NCBI GenBank assembly: GCA_964291215.2
Contig: OZ219791.1
Coordinates: forward strand, 1,600,001 to 1,664,000
Origin: Alphaproteobacteria bacterium
GTDB lineage: Bacteria > Pseudomonadota > Alphaproteobacteria > MPNO01 > UBA830
DNA length: 64,000 nt
Reading direction: 5' to 3'
Position numbers and translations under genes: made by a program
The notes under the pieces: model-generated
Seen by the model: only the letters and a program-made list of their open reading frames with translations
The model's database searches: none
What the model was told of the DNA's origin: nothing
Shown: positions 10,798 through 21,412 of the stretch, piece after piece
How the letters are laid out: each line of letters opens with the position of its first letter
Numbering within the stretch: the first letter of the stretch is position 1

Positions 10798-11447
10798 CCG
10801 AAGTTCCAGAAAATTCCGGCTGAAATGCACGTCAAATCATTGATGCAGCGTGGTTTATCGGATTTTTCGTGCGTCATATTGTACCCATGTAATACTGTGT
10901 TGGATGCTTGAGATCCATGAATCTGCCGCCTATATGCAGTAGCCATGTATATCGAATCCATCCCCAACCGCTCGTCCCCGCCCGCCATCCTGCTCCGCGA
11001 GTCCTGTCGCGAAGCCGGAACGGTCAAGAAGCGCACTCTCGCCAACCTTTCCAGGTGGTCGCCCGCTCTCATCGAGGGATTGCGCATTCTGCTCAAGGGA
11101 GGAACCGCAGGTCTCGACGACGCCTCGTCCGCTCTCTTCCCCATGGTCATGTGGCCGCAGTGCTGGGAACCCTGAAGAAACTGGACCGGCGGATCGACAT
11201 GAAGCCTTCTCCCGAGCGCGATCAGGTTCTCGCCATGATCGTGGCACGCATCCTTGAGCCCGCCTCGAAGCTGGCCAGGGGGCTGGCCGAGGCCACCGCG
11301 GTCAGCGCCTTGGGTGAGCTCCTCGATGCGGAGTTGGACGAGAATGCCCTCTACGGCGCCGGCTCCTGGAACGTCAGGAGAGGATTAAGCGATCCCTGGC
11401 GGCACCTCGAAGAAGGCTGTCTGGTGCTGTATGACCTGACTTCAGTG
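10798..11447 (+). mobile_element. IS1634-family element, 5' part, truncated by IS256
   Basis: End ccgaagttccaga; MYIESIPNRSSPPAILLRES and LVLYDLTS; homologous to 52816-54617. Confidence 0.85.
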
Positions 11448-11630
11448 GATTACGCAACCTGATGTCTGGAAATTGTCGTGAAGCTCTCAGTCATCGAGCT
11501 GTTCCCATTTGATCTTGGTTTCGGTTTCCCATTTGTAACTGCCCAGGTCTGCTTCCGGCGATCAGCCACGGGTTATGGACTGAATCTTCCGGTCTGCTGC
11601 CGCGGACGCGGAGGCGAGCGGCGGGGGATT

Positions 11631-13033
11631 TCAGAGGCGCAGTCTCGGGATCAGCTGCATGGGATCGGGATGCGCCAGGGTTTCGAGGACATTCCAGCGT
11701 TGCTTTCGGGCTGTTGCGATGACGGAACGCAGGCTGGCGAAGTCGCGGGCGCCTTGCATTGATCGGAAGCCGCCCGAGATTTTCTGGCGCAGCTTGCCCA
11801 TGCGGAGGTCGCGCTCGGCCTGGTTGTTCGAGAAGGGGGTTCTCGGGTCGGTGAGGAAGCGCAGGCAGCCCTCCTTGTATTTCTGGAGCCGGAGGGCGAG
11901 GTTGTGACCGATGCGGCGCTTTTGTCGTCCGTGCTTTCCGCTCTGGAGGGGCGCCATCTCTTCGTGAGAGGCGATGGCCTGCTCAAGGATGCGGTCCCAG
12001 GCTCGGGAGATGCGGGCCACCAGTGAAGCGGGCAGGTCGCGGTCATTCTTGCGGGCGAAGCGGGCGGCTCTGTTGGCACGGCTGAGGAGCGGGTGCGTGG
12101 TGGCTGCCCAGTTCTCGATCTCGATCAGGGCTTGGAGTTCGCGCAGGTGATGGGCATTGCAGGCCCCGTGGCGCACGCCTTGGAGAGCGAAGTAGGTGGC
12201 GTAGTCGTCATGGATGACGATGCCGTTGAGCTTCTCGTCGATGTGGCTGCGCCCGGCGGCGATGCGCAGGATGGTCAGCAACGGGGTGCACAGTACGTGG
12301 AGCCATTGGGTCCGGGCGGCGATGCGGATGCCGGTCTCGTCGAGGTGTTTGACCGGGGCCGCGGTGCGGATGATCTCGCCGACACGGTCGAGGAAGCCCT
12401 CGAAGCGCCGGGCGGTGCGTCTGCCCATGGCGGCGATGGTGGCGGTTGAGAGCCTGACCGCGAAGAGGTCGCTCATGACTTCGGCGACGCGCTTCTCCGG
12501 AATGAACTGCGCGTGCAGCAGGTAGGTCACCCACGCGGTGATACGCGGCCCGTACTGGACCGGGGCGCCGTTCGGGAAGACGGCTGTCGTCACGGTGCCG
12601 CAGGCGGCACAGAGGCAGCGGTGCTCGGTGACCTGCGGTTCGGGCACATCGAAGACCTGCCGGCAGACGGGGGCTCGGTGACGCTCAGCGGCCGACAGCG
12701 GCGCGCCGCAGCCCGCACAGGCGCAGGGATCATGATCGACGACGTGGTCGGGCGTCGCGGTCCGCTCCAGAGTGGTTCCCTTGTGGCTGGCCGCCGCCTG
12801 TCGGACGTGCCGCTCCGGGTGCGCTGGGGTCCGCTCTTCTTCTTCAGACCGTCGCTGGCCGGCGACCGGGAGCTGGTGGTGCTGTCGAGCGCGGCACTGC
12901 GCTCGAGTTCGGCAATCCGCTCGCGCAAGTGGGCGTTCTCCCGCTCCAGCGCGTCGTTCTCCCTGACCAGCGCCGCGCTCAGGCGCAGCAGCCCCTGGCC
13001 CGGATGGCTTTGATGACCGTCATCGCCAGGCAT
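11631..13033 (-). pseudogene. IS66 TnpC transposase, frameshifted
   Basis: Leucine zipper with DSTTSSRSPASDG, Zn-finger, HLDETG, HDDY, CNAHHLREL, FSNNQAERDLR, KISGGFRS. Confidence 0.9.
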
Positions 13034-13101
13034 TGTGGGGTGAAAAGGTCCTGCAGGCACGCAAAAGCCTCGTCGTGGCCGGCGAGGTCCTCGCGCCACC
13101 G

Positions 13102-13761
13102 TCACGGGACCTCGACGGCCATGATCGCGGCCAGCACCGCCAGGCGTTCGCCCGCCGGCATGGCCTCGTAGAGCCGGCCCCAGTTGGCCGCCTTGCGCTT
13201 GATGCGCTGGCGGTCGGTGAAGTTCCGGCCGGCGAAGCGCGCCCAGTGCACCCGGTCGGGCGCGAAGTTGAACCACACCACCTCGGTCCGCACCCGGGCC
13301 TGGGTCGTCACCTGCAGCGCCAGCCGGCGCCAGCCCGACAGCAGGTCGTCATAGAGCGCAGACGGGTGGCCCGAGACCATCACCTGGCAGGGCAGACCCT
13401 TGAGCAGCTCAAGCAGCGCGACGTGGTCGGCCTCCGCATACTCGAAGCGGTAGCGCTGCGACGAACGCCGGGTCGCGTGCAGATAGGGCGGATCGCTGTA
13501 GACCAGCTCCGGGCCCAGAAACGCAAACGACGCCAGAAAGGAGTGGGCGCAGCCATGCACCAACTCCACCGGGTAGTCGCAGCCAAAGGCCTCAAGCGCC
13601 CGCTCATCGAGGTCGATCCCGATCGAGCGCACGGCAGCAGGCTTGCGCTTCATCAGCGCACCGCCCCCCAGGTGACTCTCGATATAGACAGAGTGCGGCG
13701 GCATCAGCGCAATCAGCGCCTGGCTCAGACCCGTCGTCGCCTTCGATCCGAAATACCCCAC
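13102..13761 (-). CDS. Compact D12-class (Dam-like) N6-adenine DNA methyltransferase
   Basis: GAGGAG RBS plus GTG; YFGSK (motif X), YIESHLGGG (motif I), GIDLD and catalytic DPPY; uninterrupted 219 aa. Confidence 0.88.
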   Translation of the reverse strand: MGYFGSKATTGLSQALIALMPPHSVYIESHLGGGALMKRKPAAVRSIGIDLDERALEAFGCDYPVELVHGCAHSFLASFAFLGPELVYSDPPYLHATRRSSQRYRFEYAEADHVALLELLKGLPCQVMVSGHPSALYDDLLSGWRRLALQVTTQARVRTEVVWFNFAPDRVHWARFAGRNFTDRQRIKRKAANWGRLYEAMPAGERLAVLAAIMAVEVP

Positions 13762-14231
13762 CAGCCGCTCCTCCCATGCGAGAGGGCAACCCATAGGCGC
13801 GCGCGCCTATGCAGTCAAGGCCGAGAGCAGCGACACGGCGAACAAAATCAGCAAGCTCTCACACTTGGCAGGGTACCTGGGTAGTTACTCCCATTTTTCG
13901 TCGATGAGGACCGCGGTTAAGAGGCGCTCCAACGAGGCGAGGTTCGGAAAGACCCTGACTTTGGAGGTGCGCCGCTTGAGCTCTTGCTGGATCGGCCGCT
14001 CGATACCGTTCGAGGTTCGCATGCGCTTGCGGTGAGCATCGGGCAAGGTGAAGACAGCGAGCCCCGCATTCTTTTCCAGCCAGGAAGCTTGGATGCTTGT
14101 CGCGATAGCTGGCCACGAGGGCGCCCAGTTCAGCCTCGGCGGTTTGGAGTGAGGAGGCGTTCCAGACGGTTCCGAGCTGTTTTCCAATACGTTTCCTGAT
14201 GTCGTTGTTCGGTGCACGGCGTTTTGCGCTA

Positions 14232-15350
14232 GTGTCTTGTCATTCGTCAAATATCGGATAAAGGCGTTTGAGTTTCACGCGGGCATCGTCGGTGGTGAAC
14301 TGCCAATCCACCTTGGCCTGGATGCGGTCGCCTGCCAAGCGGCAACTTCCCGGCGTAGCACCTCGATGCAGTCGATGCGGCGGTTCAGGCGGATCATGAC
14401 GTTGAGTTCCACCACGTTCAGCCAACTGCCATGCTTGGGGGTGTAGACGAACTCGAAGCGGTCCCACAGGGCCTTGGCCTCGTCCGGCGGGTAGGCCTCG
14501 TAGAGGGCGCCGGGGAGTGTTGAGATTGTCCATCACCAGGGTGATGGTGGTGGCATCTTGGTAGCGCCCGGCGATGTCGGCCAGGAACTGCGCCCAATCG
14601 ATCTTGCGCTCGGTTACCTTGGTCATGCGCTTGCCGGCCAGGGGTTCCATGAAGACGTTGCAGGTACCGCAACGTCGATACTCGTAGTCGTTACGCGCTG
14701 GCTGTCCCGGCGCCATGGCGATCGGTTGCCGTGTCTCGCCGGTCGGGGCGTTTCGTCCATGCAGACCACGGGGAAAGCGGCGGGACGGCGATCGAGTACC
14801 TTCGCTGCGGCGAAGTCGGCGTTCCCTTGAGGAGGAATCACCCACCCGCTGCCATGGCTTGAGGCAGTTTTTTTAGAACACGCCGCACCGTCTCGTGTGA
14901 CACGGTGTAACCAAGCTCGACAACGCGGTCGGCCAGCAGCCGCAACGACCATTGCGCGTAACCCTCAGGCGGTTCACCACAACTCAGGGCCACCAAGCGC
15001 GCCTCGAAGACGCCGTCGGCTTTTCGCATGTAGGTAGGACGGCGTCCTTGCCGGCCACCCAATGCCGCCTCCAACCCCTCGAAACGCTTCTTTACTCGGT
15101 CTACTTTGCGCATGCTGATGCGCAGAATCTCAGCAATGACCTTCCCAGTCATCTGGCATTCATTGAACGCGCTCTCGTCGCAGTTAAGCAGGGCGTTGAT
15201 TACCTTTTGCGACAGGTGCGAGCCCTTGATCTCCGAAAGTTCTGCCCGTTCGTCCAGGGTCACCACGTAGCGTTTCATACTCCGACCTCCATCCCGAATG
15301 GACGGACAGTCTAGCACCAAATGTACGACATATCATTGCTGACATAACAC
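14232..15350 (-). mobile_element. IS630-family element (degraded) inserted in IS256
   Basis: TIRs gtgttatgtca/gtgtcttgtca; TA duplication; WSLRLLADR, VCMDE, LVMDNLNT and TPKHGSWLN motifs. Confidence 0.9.
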
Positions 15351-15804
15351 TAGGTGGAACTGGCAGCGCTGCCACGTCGCCGTGCCCAGCACCGCGCGTC
15401 GTGCCGCTTTCAGCCCGGCATCCGAGACGATGAAGGTCGTACCATGCAGGGCTAGCAAGCTTTCCAGGAAGGCTCTCCAATGGACCTCGGCCTCGGAGAG
15501 CGCCACAGAGAGCCCCAGAACGTGCCTGCAGCCCCTATTCCGATGGCCGAGAGCACTGCAACATCGCGCACAACGCCGTCATGGCGGGCTTTTTCATAGC
15601 GCGCATCCAGGATCAGGTATTTCATCAGGGGCCGGTTGCGCGGCGAGTTCTTCATCGAGCAACCTGGTGGCCCGGCTGACCTGAGAAGAGGACAGGCTCC
15701 CGAACTCGCGCATTACATCCTGCCGCGTGGAAACACCTTTGATGTACATCTCGGCTACGGCGCGAGAAGATCGCTGGCCGCGTTCAAGCGACTGGGGACG
15801 GGTC

Positions 15805-17057
15805 GATTACGCAACCTGATGTCTGGAAATTGTCGTGAAGCTCTCAGTCATCGAGCTGTTCCCATTTGATGTATGCCTTGGTTTCGGTTTCCCATTTTTC
15901 GTCGATGAGGACCGCGGTTGAGAGGCGCTCCAACAAGGCGAGGTTCGGAAAGACCCTGACTTTGGAGGTGCGCCGCTTGAGTTCTTGCTGGATCGGTCGC
16001 TCGATGCCGTTCGAGGTTCGCATGCGCTTGCGGTGAGCATCGGGCAAGGTGAAGACAGCGAGCCCCTCGGGCGCATTCTTTGATGCTTGTCGCGATAGCT
16101 GGCCACGAGGGCGCCCAGTTCAGCCTCGGCGGTTTGGAGTGAGGACGCATGGCTCCGAGCTGTTTTCCAATACGTTTCCTGATGTCGTTGTTCGGTGCAC
16201 GGCGTTTTGCGCCAAGTGGAACTGGCAGCGCTGCCACGTCGCCGCGCCCAGCACCGCGCGTCGTGCCGCTTTCAACCCAGCATGGTCATCCGAGACGATG
16301 AAAGTCGTGCTATGCAGGGCTAGCAAGCTTTCCAGGAAGGCTCTCCAATGGACCTCGGCCTCGGAGAGCGCCACAGAGAGCCCCGGAACGTGCCTGCAGC
16401 CCCTATTCCAATGGCCGAGAGTACCGCGACATCGCGCACAACGCCGTCATGGCGGGCTTTTTCGTAGCGCGCATCCAGGTATTTCATCAGGGGCCGGTTG
16501 CGCGGCGAGTTCTTCATCGAGCAACTTGGTGGCCCGGCTGACCTGAGAAGAGGATAGGCTCCCGAACTCGCGCATTACATCTTCGGCTTGCCGCGTGGAA
16601 ACACCCTTGATGTACATCTCGGCTACGGCCAGCATGACGGCGCGAGAAGATCGCTGGCCGCGTTCAAGCGACTGGGGGGTCGTCCCCGTGACCGGCCGTC
16701 TTTGGCACCTGAACGGTAACAGTGGGGGTGTCGATCCGCTTGTAGCCGTTGGCATAGCCCTGTCGTTCCGGTGTCCGGTGGCCCGCTTTCAAGTGCTGCT
16801 CGCGCTCGATTTGCATCGCAAGCTCGAAGAGCTGACCAAAGATCCGCCCCAGATCCGTTGCTCCGTTTGCGATCAGATGTTCCAAAACAGTCCCGATCGT
16901 CGTAGTGTGTCGCAGGTCCATTCGCTTCCTCCATGAATGTTTACAGCTCCATGGGATAGCACGATGGCGCCGCGTTTCACTGGGGGGCTAGCCCCCCCAG
17001 TGAAACGCCTCAAAGCGCAAACCTCAGACAAATTTCCAGACATCAAGTTACAGTACC
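15805..17057 (-). mobile_element. IS256-family element copy 2 (both ends present, degraded)
   Basis: TIRs ggtactgtaacttgatgtctggaaat/gattacgcaacctgatgtctggaaat; AEMYIKGVSTR and WQRCQFH motifs. Confidence 0.88.
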
Positions 17058-17444
17058 ACGACCCACGACTCTACCACGACTCTTTCTCTCCATGCTCCGA
17101 ACGCGCCCGCAAACAACGCGATCACCCTCGCAATCATCATCCGCAACAAGCGCAAGCTGCGCAAACCCTTCAACAGCTTCGTCGACACCACCATGCGGAC
17201 AAGCGCAAGCAGGTCCTGCACGCAATCACAAGACCAGGCTGACCGCGCCTCTCTCCCCGACAGAAACTGCAAGCTTTCGAGCCCGGCAACCAAGGCCTCT
17301 CGCCCGCCCCGGATACGCCGACCAATCGCGCCCCGCGCCGTAACAGCGCGTCAGCAAATCTCAAAATCGCAGCCTCGAACGCGTCGACCCGTGCCGCGAT
17401 CAGGACTCCGATCACATCACATCAACAAGCATGGGATCACCTTG
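17058..17444 (+). mobile_element. Probable ISAs1-family 3' remnant
   Basis: C-terminal-like NAPANNAITLAII...VLHAITRPG*; end catgggatcaccttg resembles an ISAs1-type TIR. Confidence 0.45.
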
Positions 17445-17454
17445 GGCTTCCACC

Positions 17455-17647
17455 CACGACGATCCCATGCTAATTCGGAGACGCGAAATCCGAATACGTT
17501 GGGGCTCGGCTCATCACAAATCGCCTCCTTGATCGCAATTTTCGTGCTGAGAAGGCCCCATCGAGCCTTGGCGGCACGATTGCAGCGCGACGCAAACTGT
17601 AAAAATCTCGCCAGTCGTCGCCGGATTAGCAGCGTGGGATCACCGTG
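17455..17647. mobile_element. 193-bp MITE with ends related to the adjacent ISAs1-like end
   Basis: TIRs cacgacgatcccatgct/cacggtgatcccacgct (14/17); flanking 9-bp direct repeat gcttccacc. Confidence 0.7.
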
Positions 17648-17728
17648 GCTTCCACCGGTTGGTTGCATCCCGTCCGAAGTGATAAACAAGGGTTCGGGCT
17701 GCCATCTGTTCCGCTTGGAGGATGCTAA

Positions 17729-17876
17729 GAGTTTGTTCCTAAAGTCGTGGGTGGCCCTGAGCCATGGTATTTTATCAAGCTACAACCCACAGATGGAGGG
17801 TATCATGGCTTCCGGGGCGGCGCGGCCTCCATCCAACCAGAATCTTGGGGTTGTCCGCGACTTTAGGAACAAACTC
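17729..17876. mobile_element. 148-bp MITE, IS5/IS1031-like
   Basis: TIRs gagtttgttcctaaagtcg(t/c)gg; 3-bp TSD taa. Confidence 0.8.
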
Positions 17877-17887
17877 TAAGTCCGCCG

Positions 17888-20083
17888 ATGTCGAACCTGG
17901 GCAAACCACTGGATGAACGCGGTGAACCCGAGGTACTTGCGGGTCTCGTCGAACGTGTGACCTTTCACAATGACGAGAACGGTTTCAGCGTTCTTCGCGT
18001 CAAGGTCAGGGGCCGCCGCGATCTCGAAACGGTGATCGGCCATGCCCCGGCGATCGGAGCCGGGGAATGGATCACGGCTTCCGGCGAGTGGGTGGAAGAC
18101 CGCAGCTACGGCCGTCAGTTCAAGGCACGCTTTCTCCGAACGTCGCAGCCGACCTCTATCGAGGGGGTCCGGAGGTATCTGGCCTCCGGCATGATCCACG
18201 GTATCGGCAAGGTCTACGCGGCGAAGCTGGTGCAGGCGTTTGGAGAGGATGTCTTTGACGTCATCGAGAACCGTCCCGAGAGACTACGGGAAGTGAGCGG
18301 GATCGGTCCGGTACGGGCTGCCCGCATCGTCGAGGCGTGGGCGGAGCAGAAGGTCGTGCGCGAGATCATGGTGTTCCTCCATGAGCACGGCGTCAGCACC
18401 GCTCGTGCAGTCCGCATCTTCAAGACATACGGCGTCGACTCGGTGCAGGTGATGTCCGAAAACCCGTACCGTCTCGCGCGCGACATCCGCGGCATCGGAT
18501 TCAGGACGGCCGACGTGATCGCGATGCAGCTCGGCATCGAGAAGACGGCGATGATCCGGATCCGTTCAGGAATTTCCTTCGCTCTTGCCGAAGCGATGAA
18601 TGACGGCCATTGCGGATTACCGCGCGACAGGCTGATTGCGGATACCGCCAGCCTTCTGGAAGTTGCTCCGGACCTCGTCGCCGATGCACTGGAGCAGGAG
18701 ATTGGCGACGGTTTCGTGGTGGTCGACAGGGTCGGGGACACGGAATGCGTCTTTCTGCTTGCGCTGTACCGCGCCGAGGCTTATATCGCGCGCCGGCTTC
18801 ATGCGTTGCGTCGCGGCGACCGCCCGTGGCCGGAGATAGACGGCGACAGGGCTATCCCGTGGGTGCAGCAGCATACCGGCCTCAAGCTCGCCGACAGCCA
18901 GAAGGAAGCGGTGCGCACGGCGCTTCTTTCAAAGGTCATGGTCGTCACCGGCGGGCCCGGTGTTGGCAAGACGACGATCGTCAACGCGATATTACGGATT
19001 CTCGCCGCCAAGCAGGTCCGGATTGCGCTGTGTGCGCCGACGGGCCGCGCCGCTAAACGCATGGCCGAGGCCACCGGACGCGAGGCAAAGACGATTCACC
19101 GGCTGCTCGAGGTGGATCCGCGCTACGGTACCTTCCGGCGAACCGAGGAAAACCCGCTTGAGTGCGACCTCCTGGTTGTCGACGAGGCCTCGATGGTCGA
19201 TGTCATGCTGATGTACGCGTTGCTGAGCGCTCTGCCGGGGAACGCGGCGTTGCTCGTGGTCGGCGACGTGGACCAGTTGCCCTCGGTCGGGCCGGGACAG
19301 GTGCTTGCGGACGTGATCGGAAGCGGCATGCTGCCGGTCGCCCGCCTTACCGAAGTCTTCCGGCAGGCGGCGGAGAGCCGGATAATCGTCAATGCCCACC
19401 GCATAAACGAGGGCGAGATCCCCGAACTTGGCCGGCCCGACGGCGAAAGCGATTTCTATTTCGTGCGGGCGGATAAACCGGAAACCGCTCTGCAGCGCAT
19501 CATCGAGCTTGTCGGTACCCGCATACCGGGACGTTTCGGGCTCGATCCGGTCGAGGACATCCAGGTGCTGTGCCCGATGCAGCGCGGCGATGTCGGTGCC
19601 CGACGGCTCAACAAGGAGCTTCAGGAGACTCTCAACCCTTCGGAAGAGCGCAAGGTGGAGCGTTTCGGCTGGACCTTTTCTCGCGGCGATAAGGTGATGC
19701 AGACCGAAAACGATTACGACCGCGAGGTCTATAACGGCGATATCGGTTTCGTTCAGGATGTCGATCCGGAGGCTGCGGAGGTCACGGTCGAATTCGACGG
19801 CCGGACGCTAGCCTACGGATTCGGCGAGCTTGATGCGCTGGTGCCAGCCTATGCGACGACGATTCACAAGGCGCAGGGTTCCGAATATCCCGCCGTCGTC
19901 ATTCCTGTGACGACCCAGCATTACATCATGCTACAACGCAATCTCCTCTATACTGGCGTAACGCGTGGCAAGCGGCTGGTGGTTCTGGTCGGCCAGCACA
20001 AGGCCGTCGCCATAGCCGTCGGAGCGGCGTCGGGGCGGCGCAGATGGTCGAAGCTTCGCGAATGGCTTGAGGGCAACGCATAG
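17888..20083 (+). CDS. recD2: ATP-dependent RecD-like helicase RecD2
   Basis: HhH N-terminus; GGPGVGKT, APTGRAAKR, VDEASM, GDVDQL, YATTIHKAQGSEY, LYTGVTR. Confidence 0.95.
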   Translation: MSNLGKPLDERGEPEVLAGLVERVTFHNDENGFSVLRVKVRGRRDLETVIGHAPAIGAGEWITASGEWVEDRSYGRQFKARFLRTSQPTSIEGVRRYLASGMIHGIGKVYAAKLVQAFGEDVFDVIENRPERLREVSGIGPVRAARIVEAWAEQKVVREIMVFLHEHGVSTARAVRIFKTYGVDSVQVMSENPYRLARDIRGIGFRTADVIAMQLGIEKTAMIRIRSGISFALAEAMNDGHCGLPRDRLIADTASLLEVAPDLVADALEQEIGDGFVVVDRVGDTECVFLLALYRAEAYIARRLHALRRGDRPWPEIDGDRAIPWVQQHTGLKLADSQKEAVRTALLSKVMVVTGGPGVGKTTIVNAILRILAAKQVRIALCAPTGRAAKRMAEATGREAKTIHRLLEVDPRYGTFRRTEENPLECDLLVVDEASMVDVMLMYALLSALPGNAALLVVGDVDQLPSVGPGQVLADVIGSGMLPVARLTEVFRQAAESRIIVNAHRINEGEIPELGRPDGESDFYFVRADKPETALQRIIELVGTRIPGRFGLDPVEDIQVLCPMQRGDVGARRLNKELQETLNPSEERKVERFGWTFSRGDKVMQTENDYDREVYNGDIGFVQDVDPEAAEVTVEFDGRTLAYGFGELDALVPAYATTIHKAQGSEYPAVVIPVTTQHYIMLQRNLLYTGVTRGKRLVVLVGQHKAVAIAVGAASGRRRWSKLREWLEGNA

Positions 20084-20197
20084 GAGGCGCTGGCGGACCA
20101 GCCGGCATTCGACGCGCTGGCATGAGTGCGGCGGCCGTCCGGCGCGGCAGAGGATGAGCGCGGGCCGCGGAGCGGGCCCGGATGATGATGTCGCGGA

Positions 20198-21412
20198 TCA
20201 GCCCGACGGTATCGAGAATCGCGGCCGCAGGAGCCAATACCGCCCGCTCGACTTCATGTGGCCCGCAATTTCGGCTGCCCGCGGTCCCGCGCCCCAGAAG
20301 ATGTCCGCGCGGACGGCGCCGCTGATCGCGCCGCCTGTGTCCTGCGAGACAACGAGCCGCCGGAATGGTTCCGCGCGCCCCCCGGGTAGGGTCGTTTCCA
20401 GCCATAGCGGCATCCCCAGCGGAATCCGGTGACGGTCGACGGCAACGCTTCTGCCGGGCGTCAGCGCCACGCCGGCGGTGCCGACCGGACCGGGGCCGGA
20501 CAGTTGCCGGAAGAACACGTAGGACCTGTTGGTGTGCATCAGCTTCCGACCGGCCTTCGGATTGGCCTTGAGCCATCGCCGGATGGCCTGCATCGACATC
20601 TTTTCCGCCGGAATGGCGCCGTTGCGGATGAGTGCGCGGCCGATCGCCGTGTAGGGCTGTCCGTTGAATCCGGCATAGCCCAGCCGCATGACGGTTCCAT
20701 CGTGCAGGCGTACCTGTCCCGAACCCTGGATCTGCAGGAAGAACGCGTCGATGGCGCTGTCGACCCAGACCAGTTCAAGGCCGCGGTTGTCGAGGGCGCC
20801 CCCGTCGATGCTGGCGCGGTCGTGATAGGGCTTGAGGGCGCCGTTGACCGCGAGGCCTGCAACCCGCCGGCCCTTGAGATCGTTCCGGAACCGGCTGAGG
20901 TCGACCGTTATCAGTTCCGGAGGACGCTTGTAGAGAGGGACGCTGTAGCGGGCGTCGCGCTTGCGAGATCCGCGGAGCTGGGGCTCGAAATAGCCGGTGA
21001 TCAGCCCATCCGGATTGCCGTCCCCGGCGGTAACCTGGACCGGGATGAAGTTGTGCTCGAAGAATCTCCTGGCGTCCGGGGCGCGCCCCGTGGAGGCCCG
21101 CGCTTCCCTGCACACCGCCTGCCAGTCGGCCGCGCGTCCGAACCGCCCCGTGCCGTGCCGGAGCAGCCATCTGCAGGATTTCAGGAAGGTAGCGAGTGCT
21201 GCCCGATGGTTGTCGTCGGCCCAGCCGCGCAGATCGGAGAACCGGGCGGGTTCGAAACGGACCCCGGCGCTTTCCTTGCGTTCCGCCGGGGCGCAGGCGC
21301 CGGCGGAGAGGACGAACAGCGCCAACGCGCATGTTCGCACCGGCCGCGGAGCGCCGCCTCGCTGTTGTCGGGCCGTTCGGGCCGACGCCATTGCCGCCGT
21401 GCCCGACATCAC
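20198..21412 (-). CDS. mltA: Membrane-bound lytic murein transglycosylase A
   Basis: Lipobox; TGYFEP, FFLQIQGSG, NRSYVFF and 3D domain QDTGGAI...RADIFWG. Confidence 0.93.
   Translation of the reverse strand: MMSGTAAMASARTARQQRGGAPRPVRTCALALFVLSAGACAPAERKESAGVRFEPARFSDLRGWADDNHRAALATFLKSCRWLLRHGTGRFGRAADWQAVCREARASTGRAPDARRFFEHNFIPVQVTAGDGNPDGLITGYFEPQLRGSRKRDARYSVPLYKRPPELITVDLSRFRNDLKGRRVAGLAVNGALKPYHDRASIDGGALDNRGLELVWVDSAIDAFFLQIQGSGQVRLHDGTVMRLGYAGFNGQPYTAIGRALIRNGAIPAEKMSMQAIRRWLKANPKAGRKLMHTNRSYVFFRQLSGPGPVGTAGVALTPGRSVAVDRHRIPLGMPLWLETTLPGGRAEPFRRLVVSQDTGGAISGAVRADIFWGAGPRAAEIAGHMKSSGRYWLLRPRFSIPSG

Larger units (their letters stand above)
11535..13888 (-). mobile_element. IS66-family element type 2 carrying an intact adenine methyltransferase
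   Basis: TIRs gtaactacccaggt/gtaactgcccaggt; 8-bp TSD tcccattt at 11527-11534 and 13889-13896. Confidence 0.92.
11448..15804 (-). mobile_element. IS256-family element copy 1 (degraded; hosts IS66-MTase and IS630)
   Basis: End gattacgcaacctgatgtctggaaattgtc; RTSNGIER..QELKRRT..VRVFPN motif; pieces are co-linear with the other copies. Confidence 0.85.

Noticed and set aside
13102-13761. Methyltransferase as part of a restriction-modification system
   Set aside because: No endonuclease nearby; the gene is enclosed by IS66 ends and a TSD.
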